Shown: piece by piece, positions 24,790 through 37,047 of the stretch
Numbering within the stretch: the first letter of the stretch is position 1
How the letters are laid out: every line of letters starts with the position of its first letter
Program-made: the position numbers and the translations under genes
Assembly: GCF_006345805.1 (NCBI RefSeq)
Contig: NC_043010.1
Span: 34,100,001-34,164,000 of the forward strand
Source: Octopus sinensis
Lineage: Eukaryota
Reading direction: 5' to 3'
Length of the DNA stretch: 64,000 bases
Notes under the pieces: model-generated
Seen by the model: only the letters and a program-made list of their open reading frames with translations
Told to the model about the DNA's origin: nothing
Database searches by the model: none

Positions 24790-25440
24790 CCCTCATTGGT
24801 TGTACAGTGGCAATTTTCTTGGTGGAACAGCTCTGGATTGCCTTGAACCCTGCTGTTAGTTTCAGGTTATGTGACAATCATTACTGGGAGTAAGTAGTCC
24901 AGGCAACTGAGAACAAATGCTCTCTACAGAACCAACAAGGTTTCTTTTTCTTTTTTGCATTATTTCAGAATTTAGCCACCCAGTTGCTTGCACATTGTTG
25001 CCATCTTCGTAGAATGCATACAGAATGATGCTTTATTAACTCATATGTATCCTTGGATCACACACGAATTGTGACAACAGGATTGCAATAACCCCTAGTT
25101 CAGTGCACTGTGGTTGTGATTTGTTTGTGGGCTTACATGTAGCAGAGCACTTGAAATTTTCCAGCATTGAACTGCATGCTGTTTTCTTCAGTCTTCAGGT
25201 TGGCTGTAATTTTGTGTTATCACCAGAGCTCTTAGGAACTACATGGAAAGCACTGAAGACTGCCACTGAAGCCACTTTTGGGGTGGGTGAGGGGGCATAT
25301 ATATTTACTTGTACAGTATGGAAGTATAATATGATTTTGAAGGATTTGACGCAAGGGATTTTCATTTCAGAGGGCAGGTGAAACATGTCACAGACCATGA
25401 TGTCAGAACCTGTTTGAAAGACACAGAAGATGACTCTGGA
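24790..25440 (-). mobile_element. Decayed CR1/L2-type LINE RT fragment
   Basis: Minus-strand remnants in order: GDNTKL (ADDTK-like), ENSMQFNAGKFQVL, LGVI, FVLSCLDY, AIQSCSTKKIA. These match the CR1/L2 post-RT motif series, with many stops and frameshifts. Confidence 0.75.
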
Positions 25441-25599
25441 TTCCAAGTGTTAAGAGAACTCATTGGTGACAGTGTGAGAATGATGATGATGATGATGAAC
25501 CCAAAAATCAAAACTATCTGTTATACGAGAATTCTTTAATAATGTCATTTTGTACATTGAATTGTCAAGAGGAATAAATGTTTCAGTAAAATTTTGTTT

Positions 25600-26050
25600 T
25601 CTTTCTACAATAGGCACAAGGCCTTGGGGTAGGATGCAAGTTGATTATATCAATCCCTAGTGTTCAACTGGTCTTTATTTTAGCAACCCCAAAAGGATGA
25701 AAGGCAAAGTTGGCCTTCGTAGTACTTGAACTCAGAACATAAAAGTCAAAACAGACACTGCAAAGCTTTTTGTTCAGGGTACTAACAATTCTGCCAGTTT
25801 ACCAATTTAATGTTTCAGAAATACTGATTTCAAATTTTGGGACAGGGCCAGCAATTTCAGGGAAGCGGGCAAGTCGATTACATTGATACCCCCTCCCCAG
25901 TGCTCAGCTGGTACTTATTTCATCGGCCCCCAAGAGGATGAAAGGCAAAGCTGAGCTTGGCAGAATTTGAACCCAGAATATAAAGATGGATGAAATGCCG
26001 CTAAGCATTTTGTCTGTCATGCTAATGATTCTGCCAGCTTGCTGCCTTCA
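25600..26050 (-). mobile_element. Two tandem SINE family B copies
   Basis: The family B core occurs twice in the same orientation. Confidence 0.85.
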
Positions 26051-26404
26051 ACATCTTAGACCCTTAAAGGGACGCACTACCCAATGAGCAGCATTAGCAA
26101 ATAAAGAAGTGAAAAATGATGCTTCAAGCCAATTCATTTCAACCCTGTTGCAGCTGTTAAGCCTGCTGATGATATTGATGAGCCAGCCACCTGCTGGTGA
26201 CTCACTCCCTCCTCAATTATCTCAGACTTGTATGAGTGGGAGTTAAGGGCCAGTGAAGCATCATATTTCTACTGACACACAATGACAAGTTGTCACCCCT
26301 ACATCTACCCCCAACGCCACTACATCAAGCTAATCTGTCTCCTACCACAGTAAATGAAAAGAATTAACGTTTTAATTTTTACATACTATAATGTTAGCAT
26401 TCAG

Positions 26405-26835
26405 ATGTTGCTCTGCAGTAAGAAGTTTGCTTCCCAACCACATGGTTCCAGGTTCAGTCCCACTGTTAGGCACCTTGGGGTGTGTCTTTTATTATAGCCC
26501 TGGGACTTGTGAGTGAATTTGGTAGATGGGAGCAGAAAGGATCACATTACACGCATGCACGCACACACACACACACATGTATACGTGAGTATCTGCGTGC
26601 ACTTGTGTCTCCTTGTTTTGGCATAGCATGATAGTTGTAAACGAGTATCACTGTCACACAAGCAATGTCATTCATTCATTTCCAATACTCTGCAAGAACA
26701 TGAGTGGGGCCATTATTACCTTACTTGGAAACAAGTGGTGGTTGGCAACAGGAAGGGTATCTGGTTGTAGAAAATCTGCCATCCAACCCATTCAAGCATG
26801 GAAAAATGTACATTAAAACGATGATGATGATGATG
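26405..26835 (+). mobile_element. Composite SINE (family A head, RTE-like tail)
   Basis: Same layout as 8135-8530. Confidence 0.8.
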
Positions 26836-26893
26836 ATTTTATACAATTTTTCGAAGTATCTCAAATGTGAATATCGCTATAATAGCTCATAAT

Positions 26894-27148
26894 ATATTGT
26901 TCTCAATCATTTTTTACCCATGGACCCACTTTGATTCTTATTTTACTTGGGTGGACCCTCATAGCCATTTAATGTTTAAAAAATCTTATATTATTTTAAT
27001 AATTATTATTAGGGATATAAGATAATTGCTAAAATATTTTGTGCATTGAAGAAGTATAACCAATTTACTATTGCACATTATCTGTAACATTAAAATCTTA
27101 TATAGATCCCCAAGGGTCATATAGACCATGATTAAGAACTACTTGGTT
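26894..27148. mobile_element. Older inverted copy of the same hAT MITE
   Basis: TTGTTCTCAATC...GATTAAGAACTACT ends; the internal sequence is the reverse complement of 54945-55210. Confidence 0.6.
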
Positions 27149-27551
27149 AAGAAGTCCCTTGAAAAGAAAAAAGCAATCAGCTGCCTGTGGAATGCAAACC
27201 ATGCATATGTCTCAGATGGTTGTGATATTTCACCAAAGCAACTTTCTGACTTATAACCATCCAAATTAAATGATTTAAACCTTACAGGTGAGAAAGGAAG
27301 TTATTTACATTTAAGGATAATAAAGAAGCATTGAAAAATTTGAAAATGCGTCACTTTTACAAGGAATCCCATATGAGAATATTGCTGTAAATAATAGCGC
27401 ATTAATATAATCCAAGTGTGATTTGAGATAAATTTGGCTATTATTTCTAGCAGGCTGAACTACTGATATCTCATGACCTAGTGTAGTTTTTTATGTGGTC
27501 CTGCCATTCCATAAGAAAAAATCACAAGAATTGCACCGCCTCAGAAGATTA

Positions 27552-27932
27552 CTTTTACTTACTTTTTTACTTGTTTCAGTCATTTGACTGTGGCTATGCT
27601 GGAGCACCGTGTTTAGTTGAGCAAATCGACCCAGCACTTATTGTTTGGAAGCCTAGTACTTATTCTATCAGTCTCTTTTGCTGAACCGCCAAGTTACGGG
27701 GATGTAAACACACCACCATCGGTTGTCAAGCGATGTTGGGGGGACAAACAGACACACACACACATATATACGACGGGCTTCTTTCAGTTTCCATCTACCA
27801 AATCCACTCACAAGGCTTTGGTTGGCCCGAGGCTATAGTAGAAGACACTTGCCCAAGGTCCCACGCAATGGGACTGAACCCGGAACCATGTGGTTGGTAA
27901 GCAAGCTACTTACCACACAGCCACTCCTGCAC
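27552..27932 (-). mobile_element. SINE family A, young copy
   Basis: Full length with CpGs retained. Confidence 0.9.
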
Positions 27933-27949
27933 CGTATTGAAAAAAAAAA

Positions 27950-28310
27950 AAGTGCAGGCATGGCTGTGTAAGAAGTTTGCTTCCCAACCATATAGTTCTA
28001 TGTTCAGTTGCACTGTGTGGCACCTTGGGGCAAGGGTCTTCTACTGTAGTCTCAGGCCTTGTAAGATTTGGTAGATGGAAACTGAAAGAAGCCCATTGTG
28101 TAAATGTGTATGTGTATGCCTCCCACCACTGCTTGACAACTGGTATTGGTGTATTTACACCCCCATAACTTAGTGGTTCACCAAAAGAGACCAATAGTAT
28201 AAGTACCAAGTTGAAAAAAAAAAAGAACTGGGGTTGATTCTTTTGACTAGAACTCTTCAAAGCAGTGCCTCAACATGGCTGCAGTCTAATGACTGAGACA
28301 AGTAAATGGT
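27950..28310 (+). mobile_element. SINE family A, head-to-head with the preceding copy
   Basis: Family A head and tail on the plus strand, starting about 20 bp from the 5' end of the minus-strand copy. Confidence 0.85.
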
Positions 28311-28669
28311 AAAAGATATATACAAAGTTCTTTGAGATTGAAACAAAGTTCTTTTCCTTGGTGAGGTACCCATATAAGATACCTCACCAGGCGAGGGATA
28401 ACTACAAGTACCCATATATTGCTAGTATTTTTTTTATTCAGCCTTTCTTTCACATGCCTTTCTGCTATAGCCATGAAATGTTCTCTGTTATCCCCTGCAA
28501 TTCATCTATCACTGGTCCTTTATCTTTTCTAGGTTTAATGCAAGTCAAGTGGGACGTTATGGTTTTTAGGCTACAAAACTCGCAGCATTCACTTGAGTTA
28601 ATGTACACCTCTATTCACTTACACCATTCAGTCTCTAAGTCTTTAATATTTTAGGGTCTTCTCAAGGCA

Positions 28670-28885
28670 GCAAAGAAGCTAGCAGAATCATTATCATGCC
28701 AAACAAAATGCTTAGAAGCATTTGCTTTATCCTTAAGTTCTGAGTTCAAATTACTCCAAGGTTGACTTTGCCTTTCATACTTTCGGGGTCAATAAAATGA
28801 TTACCAGTTGAACAACGGAGTTGATGTAATTGACTTAGCCCCACCCCCGAAATTGCTGGCCATGTGCCAAAATTTGAAGCCAATA
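28670..28885 (+). mobile_element. SINE family B
   Basis: AGCTAGCAGAATC..TGAGTTCAAAT..GACTTTGCCTTTCAT..GGGGTCAAT. Confidence 0.85.
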
Positions 28886-29541
28886 TTTTAGGATCTTCTT
28901 TCAAGTGTCCTCTCTATATTGCCTTTTCAAGGCACTGTCAACTCAACAATAAGGATTTACATATAAATATATACGATGGGCTTCTTTCAGTTTCCATCTA
29001 TCAAATCCACTCACAAGGCTTTGGTTTGGCTGGGGCTATAGTAGAAGACACTTGCCCAAGGTGCCATGCAGTGGGACTGAACCTAGAACCATGTGGTTTG
29101 GAAGTAAGCTTGCATACTTACATATATGTATACATACATACACACAGACATGCTTGCACCTATCTCATTATTATTATTATTATAATTATTATTCATGTAC
29201 AAGTGTGTGTGTGTTCATTATTTTATCTATTTTAAACAATTTTAGAAAAACCGAAGCATGTCTTTGACAATTCTGGAATGTATCGAACTTATTTTGTGCA
29301 TGACTTTTGGCCCAATCTGTATCTATTTATCTATCTATCGAGAGAGAGAGAGAGTGAGAGAGAGAGAGAAAGAGAGAGGATAGATACATGGATAAGTAAA
29401 CAAATATTTCATTCTTTGACAATAGCATTGAAAAATAAACCTCATAAAAAAAAAAAGGAACGACCTGATATAAAAGGCAAGATAAGAGGGAAAATATATA
29501 TTAGGATGAAATTGAAACCCAAACCCAGTAGGTAATCACAA

Positions 29542-29757
29542 TAGCAACATGGTTCCTGTAACACATGCAGATGGAGGAATGGCTGATGTTTGAATTAATA
29601 ACAGGAATGAAATCGTTATTTTTTGATGTAAGGGAGATTATCTATTAGGAACGATTACAAATGGAAGTTAGCAACAAAAATGTTTAGCAACTAACTCATC
29701 TTTTATTGCTCTATTAAGCAACCTGGAAAAAGCCAGGCTGTAGCACCCCTATGATTA

Positions 29758-29801
<44 letters not shown>

Positions 29802-29943
29802 GAGAAGGAATAGGCAACCATGATATAATTATGTTTTGTTTAAGGAGACGGGAGGCGAATTATCAGTTTAGCAACTAGGATAAAATTACCTTTAATATAA
29901 AGAAGGATTGAAGAGATGGAGTTGGGGGAAAGTAGTTAGCAAC
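29542..29943 (+). promoter_or_regulatory. Homotypic cluster of RFX-like half sites
   Basis: TAGCAAC starts at 29542, 29669, 29685, 29869 and 29937; variants AAGCAAC at 29716 and TAGGCAAC at 29811. All are on one strand in non-repeat DNA. Confidence 0.5.
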
Positions 29944-30774
29944 ATAGCATAAAATGCTAATTATAAGGAGAGGAAATTATGTGCATGCATACACACACAC
30001 ACAACATACATGTGTATTTATATACATATCAAAGAATTTGGAAGCAAAGAGAATTTGTTAATCGTTGGCCTCTCATCAATATATTTAGGAGGGGATTTAT
30101 TCTTTATTCTTTGTCTTTTATTGATTAAAGATAGAAAAAGTAAAAACCAAAAAAAAAAAAAAAAAAAGGAATTATTTTGCAGTCATTAGTAGCAATTATA
30201 AAATGCATTTTCTTAGAGGAAATGAAATTATAATTTCAAATTGAAATTCAGCTTTCTAGAAACAGTACAAAATTGAATGAGCACCGCTCTCAAAAGTAGA
30301 ATTATTATCATTATTATTATTATCATCATCAGGAGAATGAGAAGTAAGAGGAAGAGGTTGGTAGGTGGGAGAACCAGTATAGTGGTGGATAAAATGCCTT
30401 GAGGTTATTAACTTACGTCCCTTTATATTCTAAGTTCAAATTCTGCAAACATCAGCCCTGCCTTTCCTTCATTCTTTGGTGATCATTGTTACTATAGCAA
30501 CAACCAAGCACTGGGGGTGGGGAGGGGGGTTGGTTTCAATCCAATTCTGTGTGTGTGTCCTGAAAATTTGCTGAATTGTGCACATGTTAGGCATCATTAT
30601 AAGAATTACAAGGTAAAGCACCAGATTCCGCGCACTATTCCTGTTATGGTTAAGTATGCAACTTCTTTATGTTATAAGTTCAAATCTTACACAGGAATCC
30701 ACTTCCATTTCATCTGGTCTAGGGAATGGGAAGGGTTATGAAGTAACTCAATTATATAAAAATATTATTATTAT

Positions 30775-30970
30775 TAAGACAGTGAGCTGGCAGAATCGTT
30801 ACTATGTTGGACAAAATGCTTAGCATTAGTCTTAGTTTAAATTCTGCCAAGCTCGACTTTGCCTTTTACCCTTTCGGGATAAATAAATTAAGTACCAGTC
30901 AAGTACTGGGGTCAATGTTATTGGACTATTCCTCTCCCCACAAATTCCAGTTCTTGTGCCTATAGTAGAA
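30775..30970 (+). mobile_element. SINE family B
   Basis: Family B head, core and tail. Confidence 0.85.
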
Positions 30971-32461
30971 AGCTGGCCCTGTGCCGTCAAAAATGACAGC
31001 TAATTGTAGTATTTTATATATAAATAACATATATAATAATCAGATACAAACATTCACATACTTGTCATACATGCACACGTATACTCACAGAAATGAAATG
31101 CTGTTTAATTTTTCTTTCCAGCATTGAATGTTCACCATCCCACTTCCATTGCACACACACATGAACATTCACATACCTCCCTTTTACACACACACAGAAA
31201 TGAAACGCTGTTTGATTTTTTTCACCATAGAATTTCCATCATCCCACTACCAAGTTTGCCATCACCCCTTCCTTCCTTATTCATCTACCATCCCTCCTTC
31301 CTTCTCATTTATATGTTGTGACGGAGAAAAACAAGAGTATTATTATAGTAGATTATTCGAGGTAGCATATACTGAAAGGTGAAATGGCAGACTCGTTAAC
31401 ATATTTCTTCCAGCTCTTTACGTTTGGAATTCGAATGCAGCTGAAATTGACTTCACCTTTTATCCTTTTGGGGCTGATAAAATAAAAGTAGAAGTCAACG
31501 ACTGAGGTCAATGCAATTGACTTAACTCCCTTCCCAGTAATCTTAGGACCTGTGCTTACATTGCTGCCACCACCACCGCCATCATCATCATCTGAAGGGT
31601 AATGAAATATCAGAAATAGAACAGCAACAGACTAAATTCCCAACAGTATTTAACTTCTATCTTTGGCAGTTCAAACCCTGCACTTAAAGCTCACTTAAGC
31701 TTTTCGGCTTGAATTTTTACCATGTCTAAAAGTTTGAAAACATAAAGATTAGTGATCACCATTATCCTTCTTAGCACTGTGTGTGTGTGTGGAGAGTAAT
31801 TTTAGATTTACTTGAGGCCATTCCTAGCAATAATATCTATTTATCCCCAGCAGACCTCCATTTAATTGCAGTTGGGTGTCTGTAACTGTAAAAGATAAAG
31901 TAAAAGTGGGGGGAAAAAAAAAAAAAAAAAAGAACCCTGAAAAAAATCAGGGCTCATTTTCTTCTTTGTGACTACTAACAGTATGAAGATATGTGAGAGA
32001 AGTCCGTTGTTTCAAAGAACTAGGTTGGTTTTTCTTTTTAATAGATTATTCATGTTATTGTTACTAATACTACTATTATTATTATTAGTAGCAGTAGCAG
32101 CAGTATCATTATCACCATTAATGAAAATGAAATAAAAAGAAAGCAAAAAAAAAACCCCAAAAAACAAAACAATTGCTGGTCTAATTTCCCAACACACACA
32201 CACACACACACACACAATACATTCCAAATCTAATGATAATTGGTTTAGCATATTTAGAAAGCAGTATAGATTTGAAACAAAGGCAGAGAAAAAGGAAAGG
32301 TACAATGGGAGAGAGAGAGAGAGAAGAATAGACGCAAATAAACAGGCTGGAAAGCAGTGAAACAAACCTACAAAAGACAAATGATAAATTAATGCCTACT
32401 AAGAAACTGTGTCTTGGACAAATGAACTGTGTATTTTTTTTTTTGTGTTTTTGTTTTTTAG

Positions 32462-32492
32462 TTATCATTTATTTTTGGTGGGAAAGACAAAG
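32462..32492 (+). CDS. 31-nt micro-exon candidate
   Basis: A long T-rich tract ends in TTTTTTAG and the donor is AAG|GTGAGT. All three frames are open. There is no homology support. Confidence 0.2.
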
Positions 32493-32654
32493 GTGAGTGT
32501 CAAATCACCTCATAGTTATGGATTTAGAAACAAGTCCCCTTTTACAAAAGCTGAGACTATTCTCTGCCATTCACTTACTGAAATATATTACATACTAATG
32601 AAATAAATAGTCACTATGATGAGGATGATGATGATGATAAAAAATAAGAAGAAT

Positions 32655-33525
32655 AATAATCCTTTTTACTATAGGCACAAGGGGCCTGAAATTGATCCTA
32701 ATACTCAACTGGTCCTTATTTCATTGATCCCAAAATGACGAAATGGCTTTTGAACATAGAACATGAAGAAAGTGAAAATGCTACAAAGCATTTTGTCCAA
32801 TATGCAATAATAATATTAATAATAATAATAATAATAATTATGATGATGATGATCCTTTCTGCTATAGGCAGAAGGCTTGAAAATTTAGCAGGAGGGGGTT
32901 GGTCCAATATTTATTTCACTGGTACTTAATTTATCAACCTCGAAAGGACGAAAAGTAAAGTTAACTTCAGTGGAATTTGGACTCAGAATGTAAAGACTGA
33001 GAAAACGTGGCTAAGTATTTTGTCTGTCATGCAATAATAATAATAGTACATCGCCTGGCCCCGTGCCGGTGACACGTAAAAGCACCATCCGTTCGTGGCC
33101 GTTCGCCAGCTCTGTCTGGCACCTGTGCAGGTGGCACGTAAAAAAACACCCACTACACTCGCGGAGTGGTTGGCGTTAGGAAGGGCATCCAGCCGTAGAA
33201 ACACTGCCAAATCTGACTGGGCCTGACGAAGCCTTCCAGCTTCACAGACCCCAGTTGACCCGTCCAACCCATGCTAGCATGGAAAGTGGACACTAAATGA
33301 TGATGATGATGATCCTTTCTGCTATAAGCACAAGGCCTGAAATTTTGGTGGAGGGGGCCAGTCAATTAGACCAGCATCAGTACGAAACTGGTACTTAATT
33401 TATTGACCCCGAAAGGATGAAAGTAAAGTCAACCTTGGTGGAATTTGAATTCAGAACGTAGTGACAGGTGAAATACAGCTAAGCATTTAGTCCATCATGC
33501 TAACAATTCTTCCAGCTTGCCACCT
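32655..33525 (-). mobile_element. Cluster of family B copies (about 32655-32810, 32850-33030, 33315-33525) around an RTE-tailed element
   Basis: Three family B cores on the minus strand. Confidence 0.8.
33050..33310 (+). mobile_element. RTE-tailed SINE-like element
   Basis: CACGTAAAAGCACC modules, then GGTTGGCGTTAGGAAGGGCATCC, CCAACCCATGCTAGCATGG and (GAT)n. Confidence 0.9.
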
Positions 33526-33534
33526 AATAATAAT

Positions 33535-34075
33535 AATGAATGCCCTGATGCAGTACCTGGCAGTGGCTCTCATGGCTCCTTATCTTAACTGAGTGGAGGT
33601 GTTATCATGTACATGTCTTGTCTTGATATGAAAGACAGGCTACAGCAAATATTCTGCTCAATACCACAGATTTGCTTGTCAGTTGTTTGACCATAACCAG
33701 TTGAGCATCTCCCTTAGTGGCTAATGATATGTGAATTTCTGATCACAAGCAGAAGTAGTGGGAGAGCACCATAGCCATGTATTGAGAGGAATTCTTTGGG
33801 GTTTGGATAATTCACCTCTGGAAACATGGGTGTTTCATTCAACATCTTCAAACAACCCTTATTCAGGGACCTTTTGAGCGGGATGAGCTACTCAACCTGA
33901 AGAAAATTCTAACTGGGTCCCACCTGCAAGGTTATGCGCTGTTTAGCTTGGAACGAGATCACCATGTTGCACACATATGGTCGTGATGCATGTGCCTAGT
34001 GTACCCTTATCAGACGGGTAGTCATGATGGGTATACTGGGCTTCGTATATTTTACCCCAGTGTCACTTTGCTGCT
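33535..34075 (-). mobile_element. Unclassified ~540-bp interspersed element, probably a LINE 3' end with an (AAT)n tail
   Basis: A GC-richer block bounded by (AAT)n tracts. It resembles a common octopus repeat from memory; no second copy occurs in this window. Confidence 0.45.
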
Positions 34076-34091
34076 AAGTATTTTAGTATGC

Positions 34092-34138
<47 letters not shown>

Positions 34139-35010
34139 CTTCCCATTTGGCATGGTTTCTATGGTTGGATGCCCTTATTAGCACCAACCATTGCAGAGAG
34201 TACACTGGGTGATTTTTATGTGGTAGGGACACAAGTGAGGTCACCAAGTAACTTGCAACACAAGACACCTCAACTGAGGGGTGTGTAGTATAATATGTGA
34301 GTATGTTTTAGCCCAAAGGCTGTGGCCATGCTGGGGCACTGCCAGTATTACCACATTTTGAATGGCCGTTCTCTTGTGATTGGCTTGTGTGAAGGAGGCA
34401 GCTTGATAATGCTAGCCTCTTTCGAATTTCTTGTCGTGAAGTATGTTAAGGCATTAATGCCCTTGCTGTCGCACCTGTTTTTTCAAGCAAGGGATCCACT
34501 TATTCCAATAGTTTTGAAGGTATGAAGCAAGTGGACGATTTGTTGATAGGAGAAGTGACAATAAACATCACCGCTCATAGCCCACGACTTTCGTAGAAGT
34601 GCGCACAAATGTAAACAAGCACAAAGACACAGGCACACTTCCATGAACCAAACCCACTTATAAGGTTTTGCTCAGTCTGGGGCTACAGTACAAGACACTT
34701 GTTCAAGGCATCATGCTGTGGGACAGAATCCAAAAGCATGTACATGGCTAGGAAGAGAACTTCTTAACCATTGAGAAACGATAGGTTAATAGACATGGTT
34801 GTGTGGTTCAAATATTTGCTGCACAACCGACAAGTATTTTCTGAGATAGCATCAGGTTGACCATTATTTGTGTGTATGTGTTTGTATATATATATACACA
34901 CACACATATCACCGATAAGAGTATGTCAAAGCAACACAAGCCAATAAACGTAGGTTACTTCCCCTTACGTTAACGTTGACTGGGCTTTTCATCTCGCGAG
35001 TTGGGATTAA

Positions 35011-35075
35011 GTGTAGACTGTAGGTTTTTCAGTTTCGATCAATCAATTTGACCTCCGATCATCATCAGGTGTCTT
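35011..35075 (-). ncRNA. Hammerhead-like motif with intact core, stems II and III and a GUC triplet but no stem I pairing
   Basis: Minus strand reads AAGACAC-CTGATGA-T-GATCGG..TTGATC-GAAAC-TG(AAAAACCTA)CA-GTC-TACAC. Stem III is ACTG/CAGT; stem I does not pair. Confidence 0.4.
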
Positions 35076-36626
35076 GTTCCTTATGATGAGTTCATATTGT
35101 CGTACTTTATTCCTAAACCAAGATTAACAACGTTGTTATTCAGTATGCCAATGACACGTGCATCATTTGTATATAAACGAAGATTCCTAGGTTGAATCTA
35201 GCCAGGTATTTATATAACGCATCAAAGAATGATGTTTGGTGAATTAACCATCGATTAATTAATTCATCGCCAATATCCATATAAGAATGTCATCAGGTTA
35301 TTTAATGGTGTTTAAACACGCTATTAAACTGACGTTAAGAAATATAAACGTAGAGTATATATATTTCTTTATTGCCCTCAAGGGGCTAAACATAGAGGGG
35401 ACAAAGGGATTAAGTCGATTACATCGACCCCAGTGTGAAACTGGTACTTTATTTATCGACCTCGAAAAGATGAAAGGCAAAGTCAACCTCGGCGGAATTT
35501 GAACTCAGAACGTGGTGTGACTTGATATGAAGCTTACTTCCCAACCACACGGTTAAGCACCGGACTTGTATTGGGGTCGACTAAAAATTCTTCAAGGCGG
35601 TGCCCCATTATGGCCGCAGCCTAAACGACTGAAACACGTAACAGTAAAAATATAGGTTCTTTATTATTTACTTGTTTCAGTCAGTGGAGTGCGGCCATGC
35701 TGGAGCACGGCTTCGAAAGGTTTAGTTAAACAAATCGACCCCAATAATTCTGATTTGTTGCTTTTAAAGGTCTGATACTTATTCTATCAGTTGTCAAATA
35801 GTAGACACACACACATGGCGGGCTTCCACACAGTTTCTGTCTAGCAAATTCACTCTCAATGCATTGTGGGCCAGGAGCTACATTGGAAAACAGTTATTGA
35901 ACCGAAAACCACGTAGGTGCAGAGCGAGGGGGCAAGACTTCCGCCCGTCCGCCCCCAAAACCAGCCTTTAAAATTTTTTTTTATCGACACAACCCCCCAC
36001 CTTTTCGGCTACGGGGAATACGAATCTGCAAAAAAATTGGCAAAAATCGACATTTCTAAATTACCACCCTCACACCCATTTCCTTCATTTTAAACTTTTT
36101 TTTACGTATTTCACAAAAACAAAAAAAAATTCTAAAAAAAATTTTGGACTGCTGATTTTTTTTTTTTTTTTTTGCAGATTCGGAATCTCCGCAGTCGAAA
36201 TATATATTTTATTTCTGTAATATATACTAAAAAGTTAATTCTGAAGAGAAACCAAAATGTCACCTAACATCAGTTGCGACAGGTCAAAGGGAGGTAACTC
36301 AGAGTAATTTACAATAGCAACTGTGTGTAGGACAAAATCATTCACGTGAATTGGCGCTAGTTTCACAGTGGTTAAGTAAATAAGAGCCTAATACCTCAAA
36401 GGAAAGGACAACATTCTCTCACCCATAACATTTCCTGTAGACTAAACAAAATTTAGCGCTGATATTCAACTAAACCCTTACTAAATTGTATAGCTTTAGA
36501 ATTATAGTGTCACCTTATGGGAAAAACTTGTGCACTGGTGGATCGATCGAAAAAGAGATAAGTATCTTGGGTACAGACTTTTAGTTCATTCTAAGTTACT
36601 CTATTGACTCAACGGTCCATGCTAAC

Positions 36627-37047
36627 ACTGGATCTTTTCGGTTTGACCGGCAGATTTTAAAAATAATTTTCACGTAACTAAACACTTTTAAACTTCGCAT
36701 ACTGGTAGAATGTGTTTATAAAACATCTTTTTCTCTTGTCTTTATTGAGAAAATTCTATAGTTTGTAAGATATTTGTTGTTTTTTTTCTTCAATTTCTGT
36801 AAGTTCAACCAATCAATACCGTCTATTGAGGTGAAAACATTCTGTGCCGTATGAATATGTCCCTCGTTTAAGAAACAGATTGGGTTTATTTACATTTCTG
36901 AAGAAAAAAAGAAAACCTTCCCCTACCCCTAACCAACCCTAAAACAGATTGAAATGCAATAGATCGATACTAGGGTCATAATTATGGGTGACAATTTCAT
37001 ATGACACCGCTAGAAAAAACAGCCGTTCAAACCGAAAAGATCCCAGT
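36627..37047. mobile_element. ~420-bp MITE with ~27-bp TIRs
   Basis: ACTGGATCTTTTCGGTTTGACCGGC at the left end and GCCGTTCAAACCGAAAAGATCCCAGT at the right end, with internal CCCTAACC-like motifs. Confidence 0.85.

Noticed and set aside
24866-24889. 24-nt plus-strand micro-exon with good splice sites
   Set aside because: It falls inside the antisense CR1-type LINE remnant, so it is most likely chance; exonisation cannot be excluded without RNA data.
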